Position numbers and translations under genes: made by a program. Shown one piece after another: positions 1-9,987 of a stretch of 64,000 nt of DNA. The first letter of the stretch is position 1. The number at the start of each line of letters is the position of its first letter. This DNA is from an uncultured Nitrospiraceae bacterium (lineage in GTDB: Bacteria > Nitrospirota > Nitrospiria > Nitrospirales > Nitrospiraceae). Under the pieces are notes generated by a model. The model searched no databases, had not been told where the DNA came from, and saw only the letters and a program-made list of their open reading frames with translations. The DNA is taken from NCBI GenBank assembly GCA_963730935.1, contig CAVSTP010000003.1:800001-864000 (forward strand). Reading direction: 5' to 3'.

Positions 1-67
1 TACGCACGCCACCGCCCACTGAGGAGCGTCATTGTGGGCCCGACTGGCCATAACCGGAACGCCGTTC

Positions 68-841
68 ATGCCCCCGATCATCAATCCGCTGGCCGCACAC
101 ATTCAGACCATCAAACGGCGCTTGATTATCATCGGAGTTACGCTGCTCGCGTCGCTGATGGTTGCCTTCGCCTATTCGGCCGAGATGGTGGCGTGGTTGA
201 ATCGTCCCTTCCCCAATCCGCTGGTGTTCTACGGCCCGACGGAAGCGCTATTCGCCTCGATCAAGGTGTCGTTTCTTGCGGCGGTGCTAGTCAGCCTGCC
301 GGTCGTGTTCTATCAGTTCTGGAAGTTCGTGCAACCGGCGCTGCTCCCCAGGGAGCAGCGCTGGGGCATTCCGCTGATCCTGCTTGCCGGGGTGCTCTTT
401 AGCCTGGGACTGCTGTTCTGTAACCTCGTTATCCTGCCGCTCGTCATCGATTTCTTCGTCAGCTTCGGCATGGATCGGGACATTACGCCAGAGCTGAGCG
501 TCGGCACGTACATCGATTTCAACGTCAAGTTTCTGCTGACGTTCGGGTGTGCGTTTGAATTGCCGCTGGTGCTCACCATCCTGGCGCGCGTCGGAGTGGT
601 ATCCGCGCAGCAACTCGCGAAATATCGCAAACACGCCATTCTCAGTGCCTTGATCATCTCGGCCATCATCACGCCGGATGCCACACTTTTTACCATGATG
701 CTAATGGCCGTTCCGTTGATGGTCCTGTACGAGATCGGCATCCTTGGCGCCCGGCTCTTCGGTCGCGATCAACCCACCGACGTGGATCTTCCTCTGGATC
801 CCGACTTACCGATCGGGACAGCAGGGCATCGAGTTCGATAG
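68..841 (+). CDS. tatC: Twin-arginine translocase subunit TatC
   Basis: Six-TM pattern with TatC motifs (PTEALFASIK, YQFWKFVQPAL, FGCAFELP, SAIITP-D). ATG at 68 preferred over the ORF-track start at 32. Confidence 0.95.
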   Translation: MPPIINPLAAHIQTIKRRLIIIGVTLLASLMVAFAYSAEMVAWLNRPFPNPLVFYGPTEALFASIKVSFLAAVLVSLPVVFYQFWKFVQPALLPREQRWGIPLILLAGVLFSLGLLFCNLVILPLVIDFFVSFGMDRDITPELSVGTYIDFNVKFLLTFGCAFELPLVLTILARVGVVSAQQLAKYRKHAILSALIISAIITPDATLFTMMLMAVPLMVLYEIGILGARLFGRDQPTDVDLPLDPDLPIGTAGHRVR

Positions 842-850
842 GATAGTCCC

Positions 851-1864
851 ATGACGAGACGAGTGGTTACGGCGGTCATGACGTTGCTCTTGCTGTCGCC
901 GACCTATCCGGCGTCCGGCCAACCCGGTCCGTTTGATCCACAGGCCGCCAGTATTCAGGCCCTGACAGTGGTCGGGACGGATGTGCTCTACGCAGGGTCC
1001 TTCGGGCTCGGCCTGTTTCGCAGTGAAGACCGCGGCACGACCTGGATGAAGTCCGGTGAAGGCGTGAGCGACCCGTTCATCTTGTCTCTGGCGACGGCAA
1101 AAGACGGAACAGTGTATGTGGGCACGTTTCGAGAGGGAGTGTTTCGAACCACGGATCAGGGCAAGAGCTGGCAATCCGTAAATGCCGGGCTCAAGCGCAA
1201 GGAAGTGAAGACCTTGCTGGCCGTTGGGGATCAGATGTATGCGGGGACCGCCGACGGCGCGTACCGGTTAAATCGGGTCGATGGCCGGTGGACGGTGGTG
1301 ACCAGCGGCCTCGATGAGATCCTCGTCCATGCGCTGGCGCAGTCGGCGGACGGCACGTTGTATGCTGGCACTTCCGGCAAGGGGGTCCTACGCTTCAAAG
1401 CCAATTCCAGCGGGTGGGTGCGTTTGCCCCATGGATTGAAAGATCACGAAGGAATGATCGAGAATTTCATCCGCGTCCTGACCATCGATCCCGAGGGCGG
1501 CATTTACGCCGGGACATTCGACGGCGGGGTTTTTCGAAGCAATGACGGCGGCACGACTTGGCGTCCGATCAGCCGCGCGTTACCGAATGATTCCATACGA
1601 GGGATCGTGTTCAACAGCCGTGGCCTGTTTGTCGCCACGGGCCACGGGATCTTCAAAACTACGGACAAGGGGCGGCAATGGGTTCCGCTGAACAACGGCT
1701 TGAGCAGCATGGCCATACAGGTCCTCGTCGAGTCATCCAATGGATCGCTGTATGCCGGGACCAACGCCGGCGCATTTCGCAGCGACGATGATGGGAAAAG
1801 CTGGAATGCCATCAATGCGGGGCTAGAAGGGGGCGTCGCTCCGCCGCCATTTCTGTTTCGGTAA
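851..1864 (+). CDS. Exported beta-propeller protein with BNR/Asp-box repeats (YCF48/sortilin-like)
   Basis: Signal peptide; repeated LYAGT..G(V/L)FRSxDxGxTW Asp-box units. Confidence 0.85.
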   Translation: MTRRVVTAVMTLLLLSPTYPASGQPGPFDPQAASIQALTVVGTDVLYAGSFGLGLFRSEDRGTTWMKSGEGVSDPFILSLATAKDGTVYVGTFREGVFRTTDQGKSWQSVNAGLKRKEVKTLLAVGDQMYAGTADGAYRLNRVDGRWTVVTSGLDEILVHALAQSADGTLYAGTSGKGVLRFKANSSGWVRLPHGLKDHEGMIENFIRVLTIDPEGGIYAGTFDGGVFRSNDGGTTWRPISRALPNDSIRGIVFNSRGLFVATGHGIFKTTDKGRQWVPLNNGLSSMAIQVLVESSNGSLYAGTNAGAFRSDDDGKSWNAINAGLEGGVAPPPFLFR

Positions 1865-1906
1865 GATACGCGCTGTTCAACAGATGATAAGAAAGGGAAG
1901 GGAGCC

Positions 1907-2416
1907 ATGGCTGACGTGACGGAGAAGACTAGAGCCACGATTTCGATCACCAGTAAGGGACAGCGAATCGGAGATATCGTCCTCCGATTCTTTCATGATG
2001 TCGCGCCCGGCCATGTGAAAAACTTCATCGACCTGGCCCAAAAAGGGTTTTACAACGGCACCACCTTTCATCGAGTAATTCCAAAATTCATGATCCAGGG
2101 GGGCGACCCGAACAGCAAGAATCCCGACCGCTCCTCTCATGGCATGGGCGGCCCCGGACACAAGGTCAAAGCAGAGTTCAACAGCAAACCGCACAAGCGG
2201 GGCGTCCTCTCGATGGCGCGCGCCAACGATCCGGACAGCGCCGGGTCCCAATTCTTCATCTGTGTGGCCGATTCGCATTTTTTGGATTGGCAATATACGG
2301 CGTTCGGCGAGGTCGTGAGCGGGATGGAGGTGGCCGATGCCGTCGTCGCCATGAAGCGAGACGGCCGGGACAACCCCCTGGAGCGGGTTGAGATGACGGT
2401 CACCATCACCGACTGA
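1907..2416 (+). CDS. Cyclophilin-type peptidyl-prolyl cis-trans isomerase
   Basis: FYNGTTFHRVIPKFMIQGGDP, LSMARANDPDSAGSQFFIC, YTAFGEVVSGM. Confidence 0.97.
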   Translation: MADVTEKTRATISITSKGQRIGDIVLRFFHDVAPGHVKNFIDLAQKGFYNGTTFHRVIPKFMIQGGDPNSKNPDRSSHGMGGPGHKVKAEFNSKPHKRGVLSMARANDPDSAGSQFFICVADSHFLDWQYTAFGEVVSGMEVADAVVAMKRDGRDNPLERVEMTVTITD

Positions 2417-2417
2417 C

Positions 2418-3167
2418 GTGATGATGGCGGAGGCCGCACAGGAATGCGGATGGAACCGGCTCGCAAGGGGCGGCTCCTCCTTGACACTGTTCCCGCAACT
2501 TCTCGTTTGGCTCCTGGTCGCCGGCTGTGCCATTCCGTACGTTCCCTACCGCACGATCTACGAAGACCCGGTCAATTACGTCCGCTTGGAGGAAGATGAC
2601 GCTGTGCTCCCGGAATGGCCACCGGGGCACCATGCCCATCCAAAGGCCTTCACCGTCGATCAGGTGACACGCCTGCTCAACGGCATGACCGTGAAAGAGC
2701 ATCGCATCTGGCTTCAAAAATTGTTCCAAGGTGAGGCGCCGCTCGTCCCCGTCTTTAAGGATGAGGAGGTGGCATTACTGGCTCCCCAACTGGCCGAGGC
2801 CTTTGCTGTCTCGACATACAACGAACGGGTCACCTTTTATCTGAGCCAGCCCCAAACGTCGGTCAAGCGGGTGATTACGTCAGGCGGAATGTACGTGCAC
2901 GGAGACCAGTTGCACGTCCTCCTCGGCAACTGGCAGATTGTCTACGGGATTCCGACGTACGGCATGATTTACGACCGCCGGTACCCGATGCGTCCCACGG
3001 CGGCCAAGGGATTTGATCTGTATTTTGAACCCTCCGAAGCGGTGGTGAGGCAAGGCAGCAGCGTGTGGGACACCATCTTCGCCAACACGAAGGATGAACT
3101 CGTAATCGACATGAGCCGCTGGCACGCGTCGGTGGACCCTCGGTCCGTCCGCAACCACGCTCCATGA
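2418..3167 (+). CDS. Uncharacterised lipoprotein (paralog of 28077-28802 and 33849-34511)
   Basis: Lipobox LVAGC; shared HP..FxxEE..LAP.L..ERVxF..TSG motif pattern. Start uncertain. Confidence 0.75.
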   Translation: MMMAEAAQECGWNRLARGGSSLTLFPQLLVWLLVAGCAIPYVPYRTIYEDPVNYVRLEEDDAVLPEWPPGHHAHPKAFTVDQVTRLLNGMTVKEHRIWLQKLFQGEAPLVPVFKDEEVALLAPQLAEAFAVSTYNERVTFYLSQPQTSVKRVITSGGMYVHGDQLHVLLGNWQIVYGIPTYGMIYDRRYPMRPTAAKGFDLYFEPSEAVVRQGSSVWDTIFANTKDELVIDMSRWHASVDPRSVRNHAP

Positions 3168-3188
3168 TCACGATCCCGCGACGGCTAT

Positions 3189-4559
3189 CTACCGTATGGT
3201 GGGATCCACCGCGAGTTGTGTGCCGCCTGCCGAGGCATAGGCAAGGGTCACTTCGGCAATCTTGTAATCATATTGGGCTTCCGCCAGCTTCGTCTGCGCA
3301 CCCGTCAGCGCCACTTCCGCCTGGGTCACCTCCACGATCGAGCCCAACCCCAATTTATATCGTTGCTTGGCAAGGCTTAGTGCCTCCTGAGCGGTTTTCA
3401 CCTGTTCCTCGCCGAGTTTGATCTGCTGGGCGAAGGAGATCGTGTCGAGATACGAATTCGTCACCTGCTGCGTCAGGGCCTGCTCGATGTTCAGGCTGGC
3501 GGCCTCGGCGGCTGCCTTCTGGGCTTTGGCCTCACGGACTTGGTTCTCGATCATGAAGCCCGTAAACAACGGCATTGACACGAATCCCCCAGCTGCCCAC
3601 CAGCCGCCAGTCTGGTTGGCCTGGGCCCGCGTGTTGTCATATACCTGGAAGTCGCCGCCGCTCGCATAAGCGGACACGGTCGGCAAGTATTGGCGTTTGG
3701 TGGCGGTGATTTTGGCGTCCGCCGACGCGGTCAGTTCCTTGGCTTTGCGGAATTCCGGATGGGAGAGGCTGTCGCTGACGAGCGAGTCGAGCGGACGCTG
3801 GGGACGCACTTCGATCGGGAGATCCTCCAGGACGTAATCCTCCGCTCCCATGATGCCCATCGCCCGGTTCAAATTGGCGAATCCGGATTTCAGTCCGTTC
3901 CGCGCCCTCACGAGCAGGGACTCGGCGTTGGTCAACTCCACCTGCACGAGATCCACGTCCAATTTCGATTTGAGCTGTTGTCGATAGAGGGCCTCGATTT
4001 GGCCCTTGATGATGCCGCGTTCACGGACGGTTTCCTCTGCAATCTGCACCAATCGCTGGTGTTTCAGACTGATGAGATAGGCCGTCCGCACGTTGAGTAC
4101 CACGAGCGCCTGCCGCGCGCTGATGTCCTGCTCCTGTGCCCGTTCGACCAAGTGGGCGGAGTCCACGGTGTGTTGCGAGAATCCGAAGTCAAAAATCCGC
4201 TGGCTCACCGACACGCCCCCGACGTATTGACTCAGATTTTGTTGGACCAGGAATCCGCCGACCAAAAAGCGGGGATTGAGCCGACCTGCTCCTGCCGCCG
4301 TATCGAAGTTTGCTTCGATGCGTGGATAGTAAATGGCCCGCGCCTGGTCCGTTCGCGCGCTGGCTGCCTTTAAGCTGGCGCCGGCCTCCTGCACGAGGGG
4401 GTGATTGTCCAGCCCCAATTCAATCGCCTGTTGCAGACCCAAAAAACTTCCGCGCGGCGGCGGTTCCGAGGCGCGCGTCGCCGGTTGCGACCGTGTGAAA
4501 GCGGGGGTGAACAGCGCGATCAGGACTACGAGGAGCGACACTCGCATGATGGCAGACAT
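3189..4559 (-). CDS. TolC-family outer membrane efflux protein
   Basis: Signal peptide; two OEP helical repeats (QRYKLGLGSIVEVTQAEVAL); last gene of the RND operon. Confidence 0.92.
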   Translation of the reverse strand: MSAIMRVSLLVVLIALFTPAFTRSQPATRASEPPPRGSFLGLQQAIELGLDNHPLVQEAGASLKAASARTDQARAIYYPRIEANFDTAAGAGRLNPRFLVGGFLVQQNLSQYVGGVSVSQRIFDFGFSQHTVDSAHLVERAQEQDISARQALVVLNVRTAYLISLKHQRLVQIAEETVRERGIIKGQIEALYRQQLKSKLDVDLVQVELTNAESLLVRARNGLKSGFANLNRAMGIMGAEDYVLEDLPIEVRPQRPLDSLVSDSLSHPEFRKAKELTASADAKITATKRQYLPTVSAYASGGDFQVYDNTRAQANQTGGWWAAGGFVSMPLFTGFMIENQVREAKAQKAAAEAASLNIEQALTQQVTNSYLDTISFAQQIKLGEEQVKTAQEALSLAKQRYKLGLGSIVEVTQAEVALTGAQTKLAEAQYDYKIAEVTLAYASAGGTQLAVDPTIR

Positions 4560-4592
4560 GATGAATCCTCCTGGGTCTAGTAGATGCTGACT

Positions 4593-5810
4593 CTACGGTT
4601 TTAGGGTCGGGTCAGCCTTGGGCGGTACGGGAGGCTGCTCTCCCGCGGCACGCCGCTCGAATTTCTGTTGAGCCGGTTTGGCTTCAGGCAACCGGAAGGG
4701 AGACGCCCGCACCGGACTTTCATCCAGGAGTTGCCGTTTCCCAACGACCACCACATCTTCGTCTCCCCGGAGACCGTCGGTGATTTCGATCCACTGTCCG
4801 TCCGTGATGCCCGTGTGGACCGGCACGGCTTTGGCTTTGCCTTGTTCGACGATGAAGACGGATTTGCCCTTGGCGCCGGTAGTGATCGTTTGGGGAGGCA
4901 GCGCCAGGGCCTGAGGGATCTCCCGCAGAGCAATGGCCAGTTCGGCGAAGGTACCGGGCCGCAAGTCGTGGTCGGGGTTCGGGAGGTCGACTTCGACCAA
5001 CAAACTGCGCGTCGAGGGATCGAGCGCCAGCGTCGACCTGGTGATGGTGCCGCTGAAGGAGCGCTCCGTCATTTCCTGCACTCGTACGGTGGCCTTCGTC
5101 TGTCCCGGGCGCACCCATGGCGAGTCGTCCTGGGGCACATTGGCATAGATGCGGACCGTGTTGAGATCCATGATGGTGAACAGCGGGATCGCCGTCGTGG
5201 CCGACGAGGTGGCGATTTGAATCAAGGCGCCGGGATCAGCGAACCGCGCGGTAATGGTGCCGTCGTACGGCGCGCGTACCTTGGTGTAATCACGCAACAC
5301 GGCGCGTTGCTGCATGAGCGTCCTCGCGCCTTCATAGGCGGCTTCGGCCACATCGACATCCTGTTTGGCGATGACATCCGGCGACTCTTTCCAGACACTC
5401 CTCAGCCGGTCAAAGGTGATTTTTTTGATTTTGTAATCGGCCGCCGACTGCAGATATTGCTCTTCGACTTCAGGGGCGTCGATGATGGCCACGATCTGCC
5501 CCTTCTTGACCTGATCTCCTTTGTCCGGACCGATCCATTTGAGGTACCCCGACACTTTCGCATACAGGGTTGTCTGGTAGAGCGGCGCAATATTCGCCGG
5601 CAGCGTAATCGTGTAGGCGAGATCCTTTTTCAGGGGCTTCGTGACCTGCACGTCAACCGGCTGATTCTCAGAGGGAAGCACGTTGTTGTCGTCGTAGGTG
5701 CCGTTCACCGGCGGCTCCGCCTTCTTGGCTGCCCGTTGTGGCTCTTCGGGCTGGCAGGCCGCCAGCATCACCGCCAGTGCCAGAGCGATCGTGACGAACG
5801 GGTGGCCCAT
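4593..5810 (-). CDS. RND efflux periplasmic adaptor (membrane fusion protein)
   Basis: Lipobox LAAC; biotinyl-lipoyl-like halves (AKVSGYL..GDQVKKGQ; VRAPYDGTI); LRPGTFA. Confidence 0.93.
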   Translation of the reverse strand: MGHPFVTIALALAVMLAACQPEEPQRAAKKAEPPVNGTYDDNNVLPSENQPVDVQVTKPLKKDLAYTITLPANIAPLYQTTLYAKVSGYLKWIGPDKGDQVKKGQIVAIIDAPEVEEQYLQSAADYKIKKITFDRLRSVWKESPDVIAKQDVDVAEAAYEGARTLMQQRAVLRDYTKVRAPYDGTITARFADPGALIQIATSSATTAIPLFTIMDLNTVRIYANVPQDDSPWVRPGQTKATVRVQEMTERSFSGTITRSTLALDPSTRSLLVEVDLPNPDHDLRPGTFAELAIALREIPQALALPPQTITTGAKGKSVFIVEQGKAKAVPVHTGITDGQWIEITDGLRGDEDVVVVGKRQLLDESPVRASPFRLPEAKPAQQKFERRAAGEQPPVPPKADPTLKP

Positions 5811-5813
5811 GGC

Positions 5814-8800
5814 CTAGATTTCCTTCGCAGAGGCGGCAGGCGTCGCCGAAGTCTCTTTGTGAGTCCGAGCCGACAGCACCAGCGCATGCATGACCGGTAC
5901 GACGAGCAGCGTCATCATGGTGGAGACGGCGAGGCCGCCGACCACCGCACGGGCCAGCGGCACCATCGTTTCATTGCCTTCGCCGAATCCCAGCGCTAGC
6001 GGGAGCAGGCCCAGGATGGTGGCGAGCGCCGTCATGACGATCGGACGGATCCGCCGTCGTCCAGCTTCCAAGACCGCCTTCTCCGCTGTGGCTCCGGCCC
6101 GCACCATTCTGTTGGAGAAATCCACGAGCAGGATGCTGTTCGAGACCACGATGCCCATCATCATGAGCGTTCCGATCATCGACTCGACGTTCACCGAGGT
6201 CTCGGTCAAATGCAGCAACAGTACTGTGCCGATCCATCCCAACGGGACCGCCACAAGAATGATGAGGGGATCGACCATCGAGCGAAACAAGCCGACCATC
6301 ACGAGATAGATCAGGAGCACGGCCAGCGGGAGGGCGAGGGAAAAGTTGTTGAACGCCGCACGCATGTTCGCCACTTCCCCTTTGACGTCGATGGTCACGT
6401 CTTTGGGCAGCGGAACGGTTGCCAGCGCCTGTTCAATGTCCCTGGCGACCTGCCCAAGGTCATTGCCGAGGGGCGTCACCAGCACATCGATCAGCCGAGA
6501 CAAGTCGTAGTGATCCACGCTGTCCGGGCCTGTCTTGATCTCGAGTGAGGCGACGTCTCGAAGAAGCACGGGCGGCCCACGCCGGTCATCGGCGGCGAAA
6601 AATCCAGCGGACAGATCGAGATTGCGGCCGGCGAAGGGGGTGTTTTGGAGGGCGATTGTCGAGCCGGTGGATCCGGCCGTCGTAAGCGCCGAAGTGGGAT
6701 TCAACGCCGTGCGCGCGCCGATGATCGGGATGTTCAGCAGATCCTCGGTCTTCGTGAGCGATTGTTCCGGATATTGCGCCAGCAGGAAATAGCCGTTCGC
6801 CGTCTTGGGATCGAGCCAGTAATTAGGCGACAGGGCCAGATTCGAGCTGATGCCGGTAATCACGTCCACGATGACACGGTCCTGTGTCAGGCCGTAGTAG
6901 GCGGCCTTGGTCCGGTCGACGTTCACATGGAGTTCTGGATAACTCTTGCCTTGTTTGATGCGAACGTCGGTTGTATTGGCCACTTGCGCCACTTGCTGCC
7001 GGATGCGCTCGGCCACCGGGCGAATGAGATCGAGGCTCGGCCCTTTGACCTGGATGTCGATCGGAGCCCGCAAGCCGAAATTCAGGACGTCGCTGATGAT
7101 GCCTCCGGTTTGAAAACTGATCTCCACGCCGGGAAGGGCCTTCCGGGTCTTTTGGCGCAAGGTCTCGATGTAATCGTTCGTACGGCCCTCGTGACCGGTG
7201 ACCAGGTTGACCAGCACGAATGCCGTATGATTCCCGGTGTTGGGAGCAAAGCGGGCCGCATCGCCGAAATAGAGTCCGGTATTGGACACAACCTCTTCGA
7301 GTTCCTGCTTCGGGATCGTGTCCTGGATCAGCCGTTCGATTTCCGCGACGATGGCGGTTGTTTTCTCGATTCGGGATCCTTCGGGTGCGATGATCAGCAT
7401 TGTAAAATTTCCCGCGTCCACTTTCGGAAAAAATTCGGTGTGCAGTCGGGGCAGTAGCAGCGCCCCGACGATGAGCAGGGCGAGCAGCGCTGCGACGAGC
7501 ACCAGGAATTTGAAGCGGAGGCCGATGCGAAGCACTTTGTCATATCCCGCCAACACGAAGCGGAACCAGCCCTCGGCAGCCGAGCTTTCCTCCTGAGACC
7601 CGTCGCCGTGGCCACGGGTATAGAGGCGGGCCAGCACGACCGGTGTCACCGTCATGGAGACGGCATAGTCCGCCAGCATCGCGAAGGCGACCGTCAGCGC
7701 CAGAGGCACGAACAGGTACTTGACGATCCCGGCGAAAAAAATGATCGGCAGATAGACGATCAGGATGCAAATCGTCGCGACGAAAATCGGAAGGGTCAGT
7801 TCGGTTGCGCTGTCTTCCGCAGCTGATCGACCGTCTTTGCCCATCTCAAGGTGACGATGCAAATTTTCCTGGACGACGATGTTGTTGTCGAGGAGCGTGC
7901 CGATCACCAGGGCCAACCCTCCAAGGGTCATGATATTGACGGATTGGCCGCTGAGAAAGAGCGCAACAAGCGCCGCTGTCAATGAGAGGGGAATGGCGAG
8001 GCCCACGACCAAGGCTGCCTTGAGGCTCCGCAGAAAGATGAAAATCATCAGGCCGGCAAGACCGGCCCCCAGTAACCCTTCCTTCTGGAGATTGGCGATC
8101 GCCTGCCGAATGTAGAGCGATTGGTCGTAAATGAATTTCACGGAGGTGCCGGCCGGGATTTCCGTCAGTTTGTGCAACTTCGCGCGGACGCCGTCCGTCA
8201 CTTCCAGAGTATTGGCGCCTTCCTGTCTCGTGATCGGCAGGTAGGTCGCTTCACGACCGTTGACCCGCACGATGGACGTTTGGATGGCGGCGCTGTCGGC
8301 TGCGGTCCCGATGTCGCGGACGAGGATGGGCGTTCCGTTGACGACTTTGATGGGAATATCGTTGATCTTCTCCACCGGCCCGACGAGGCTGTTGGAGTAC
8401 ACATAGTAGTCCAGGTCGCCGATTTTGATGTCGCCGGCAGGGATGATCGCGCTTTGCGCATTGATCGCTTTGACGACGTCGGACGGTGAAATGCCGCGGG
8501 CCAGCATCCGCTGCTGATCCATGAAGACGGTGATCTGACGGACCTTGCCTCCCAGCGGCGGGCCGAACGAGATGCCCGGGATGCTGGCGATCTGGTTCCG
8601 CACCGTAAAATAGGCCAGGTCACGAATCTCTTTGGGGCCCAGGCTCTCGCTGTTAATGGACAGGAAGCCGATCGGCAGGCTGGCGACGCCGAACTTGTAG
8701 ACGGAGGGCGGATAGACGCCCGGTGGCAACAGCCGGATGATGCTGTAGGCGAGACTGGTCAACTCCGATTGCGCTGCGTCGATGCCGTATTCGGGCTGAA

Positions 8801-9080
8801 AGAAGACCTTGATATAGCTCATCCCGGCGAGCGACTGCGATTCGATGTGTTCGACGTAACTCGCTTCCACAAACCGCTGCTCCATGCGGAGCGTGATCGC
8901 GCCTTCCATTTCGCTCGGGCTCATGCCGCGGTAGAACGTGGTGACGAGAATGGTTGGAATCTTGATCTCAGGAAAAATATCGACGCGCATCTTCTGGTAC
9001 GAGACCCCACCGAGCACAAGCGCGATCATGCACAGGGCAAACACGGCGTAGGGATTCTTCAGGGCGGCTCGCGTCAGCAT
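5814..9080 (-). CDS. RND efflux transporter permease (AcrB/CusA family)
   Basis: About 1088 aa; DIFPEI, LDNNIVVQEN, SNSILLVDF, RIRPIVMTALAT. The ATG at 9080 overlaps the upstream gene's stop. Confidence 0.95.
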   Translation of the reverse strand: MLTRAALKNPYAVFALCMIALVLGGVSYQKMRVDIFPEIKIPTILVTTFYRGMSPSEMEGAITLRMEQRFVEASYVEHIESQSLAGMSYIKVFFQPEYGIDAAQSELTSLAYSIIRLLPPGVYPPSVYKFGVASLPIGFLSINSESLGPKEIRDLAYFTVRNQIASIPGISFGPPLGGKVRQITVFMDQQRMLARGISPSDVVKAINAQSAIIPAGDIKIGDLDYYVYSNSLVGPVEKINDIPIKVVNGTPILVRDIGTAADSAAIQTSIVRVNGREATYLPITRQEGANTLEVTDGVRAKLHKLTEIPAGTSVKFIYDQSLYIRQAIANLQKEGLLGAGLAGLMIFIFLRSLKAALVVGLAIPLSLTAALVALFLSGQSVNIMTLGGLALVIGTLLDNNIVVQENLHRHLEMGKDGRSAAEDSATELTLPIFVATICILIVYLPIIFFAGIVKYLFVPLALTVAFAMLADYAVSMTVTPVVLARLYTRGHGDGSQEESSAAEGWFRFVLAGYDKVLRIGLRFKFLVLVAALLALLIVGALLLPRLHTEFFPKVDAGNFTMLIIAPEGSRIEKTTAIVAEIERLIQDTIPKQELEEVVSNTGLYFGDAARFAPNTGNHTAFVLVNLVTGHEGRTNDYIETLRQKTRKALPGVEISFQTGGIISDVLNFGLRAPIDIQVKGPSLDLIRPVAERIRQQVAQVANTTDVRIKQGKSYPELHVNVDRTKAAYYGLTQDRVIVDVITGISSNLALSPNYWLDPKTANGYFLLAQYPEQSLTKTEDLLNIPIIGARTALNPTSALTTAGSTGSTIALQNTPFAGRNLDLSAGFFAADDRRGPPVLLRDVASLEIKTGPDSVDHYDLSRLIDVLVTPLGNDLGQVARDIEQALATVPLPKDVTIDVKGEVANMRAAFNNFSLALPLAVLLIYLVMVGLFRSMVDPLIILVAVPLGWIGTVLLLHLTETSVNVESMIGTLMMMGIVVSNSILLVDFSNRMVRAGATAEKAVLEAGRRRIRPIVMTALATILGLLPLALGFGEGNETMVPLARAVVGGLAVSTMMTLLVVPVMHALVLSARTHKETSATPAASAKEI

Positions 9081-9505
9081 GTGGTTTCCACCCAATACGG
9101 CGTTCGATTCCTCGTCAGCCAATACCGGCAGATATCTCCGACGCAGAGCACAAGATCCTCGAAGGTCTCCGGTTTGACGACGTAGCCGTTCACGGCGTTC
9201 GCATAGGCGGCTGAGAGATCGGTTCCGTCATCCGAGGTGGTAAACGCGACGACCGGAATCGCCGCGCACCGTGGTTCTGAGCGGATACGCTTGAGGAAGA
9301 CATCGCCGCGTTCATGGGAGAGATGCCAATCGAGCAGGATCAATGCAGGGAGTTCACCCCTGTGTCTCAAGAAATGCAGGGCCGCCTCGGCATCCTGCTC
9401 CGAGTAGAGGACAATATCGAGACCGGTGCGTAGCAGCGCCTGGCGGAAGAGTTCCCGCTCGCCCGGACTATCGTCGATCAAGAGGACAGAGGCATGACGG
9501 TGCAT
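9074..9505 (-). CDS. Single-domain response regulator (CheY/Rcp-like receiver)
   Basis: VLLIDD, LILLDW (phospho-Asp), FTTS, GYVVKP. Confidence 0.9.
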   Translation of the reverse strand: MHRHASVLLIDDSPGERELFRQALLRTGLDIVLYSEQDAEAALHFLRHRGELPALILLDWHLSHERGDVFLKRIRSEPRCAAIPVVAFTTSDDGTDLSAAYANAVNGYVVKPETFEDLVLCVGDICRYWLTRNRTPYWVETTC

Positions 9506-9633
9506 GGAGAAGCACTTCAGCAGAGACCATGCCGGGATAGACTAAAAGAAGGAAGGGGTTGACTTGTTTCGAGAGATCAATTGCTTAGCGACCAGACCCC
9601 GCTACAATCATGGTGGTGGGAAGAGGGGAGCCC

Positions 9634-9667
9634 TGGAAAACCTCCATAGGACCATGGAAGTTTTCCA
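9634..9667. promoter_or_regulatory. 14-bp-arm inverted repeat in a divergent intergenic region
   Basis: TGGAAAACCTCCAT-aggacc-ATGGAAGTTTTCCA (1 mismatch). Confidence 0.5.
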
Positions 9668-9692
9668 TAGCTGCGGCTCATGGAGAACACCC

Positions 9693-9962
9693 ATGCTGCT
9701 CCTGACATTATCCGTTCTGGTGATGCTTGTGATGGTCGGTTCCATCGCCTGTTTCCGATTATCGCGGAATGCGGCGCTATGGGTGGCCGCGAGTTTGTGG
9801 CTGCTCTACATTCCCTACGAGTACCTGATGTATCGCCGTGTGCTGTGCTCCGGCGAGTGCAATATCCGCGTCGATCTCCTGGTCATTTATCCAACGCTGT
9901 TGTCCGTCACGCTCGCGGCCTTGGGGCGGGCGTTCTGGACACGGTGGCAACGTCAGCAATAA
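9693..9962 (+). CDS. Small membrane protein, hypothetical
   Basis: GGAG RBS before the ATG at 9693; three hydrophobic segments; CSGECNIRVDLL motif. Confidence 0.7.
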   Translation: MLLLTLSVLVMLVMVGSIACFRLSRNAALWVAASLWLLYIPYEYLMYRRVLCSGECNIRVDLLVIYPTLLSVTLAALGRAFWTRWQRQQ

Positions 9963-9987
9963 TTCGCAGTCCCGTGAACGACATCGC

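Noticed and set aside
4668..5999. 443-aa plus-strand ORF
   Set aside because: Antisense shadow of the MFP gene in GC-rich DNA; no recognisable motifs.
9081..9122. Longer RND start at 9122
   Set aside because: Lies inside the receiver gene; the ATG at 9080 gives a normal RND N-terminus.
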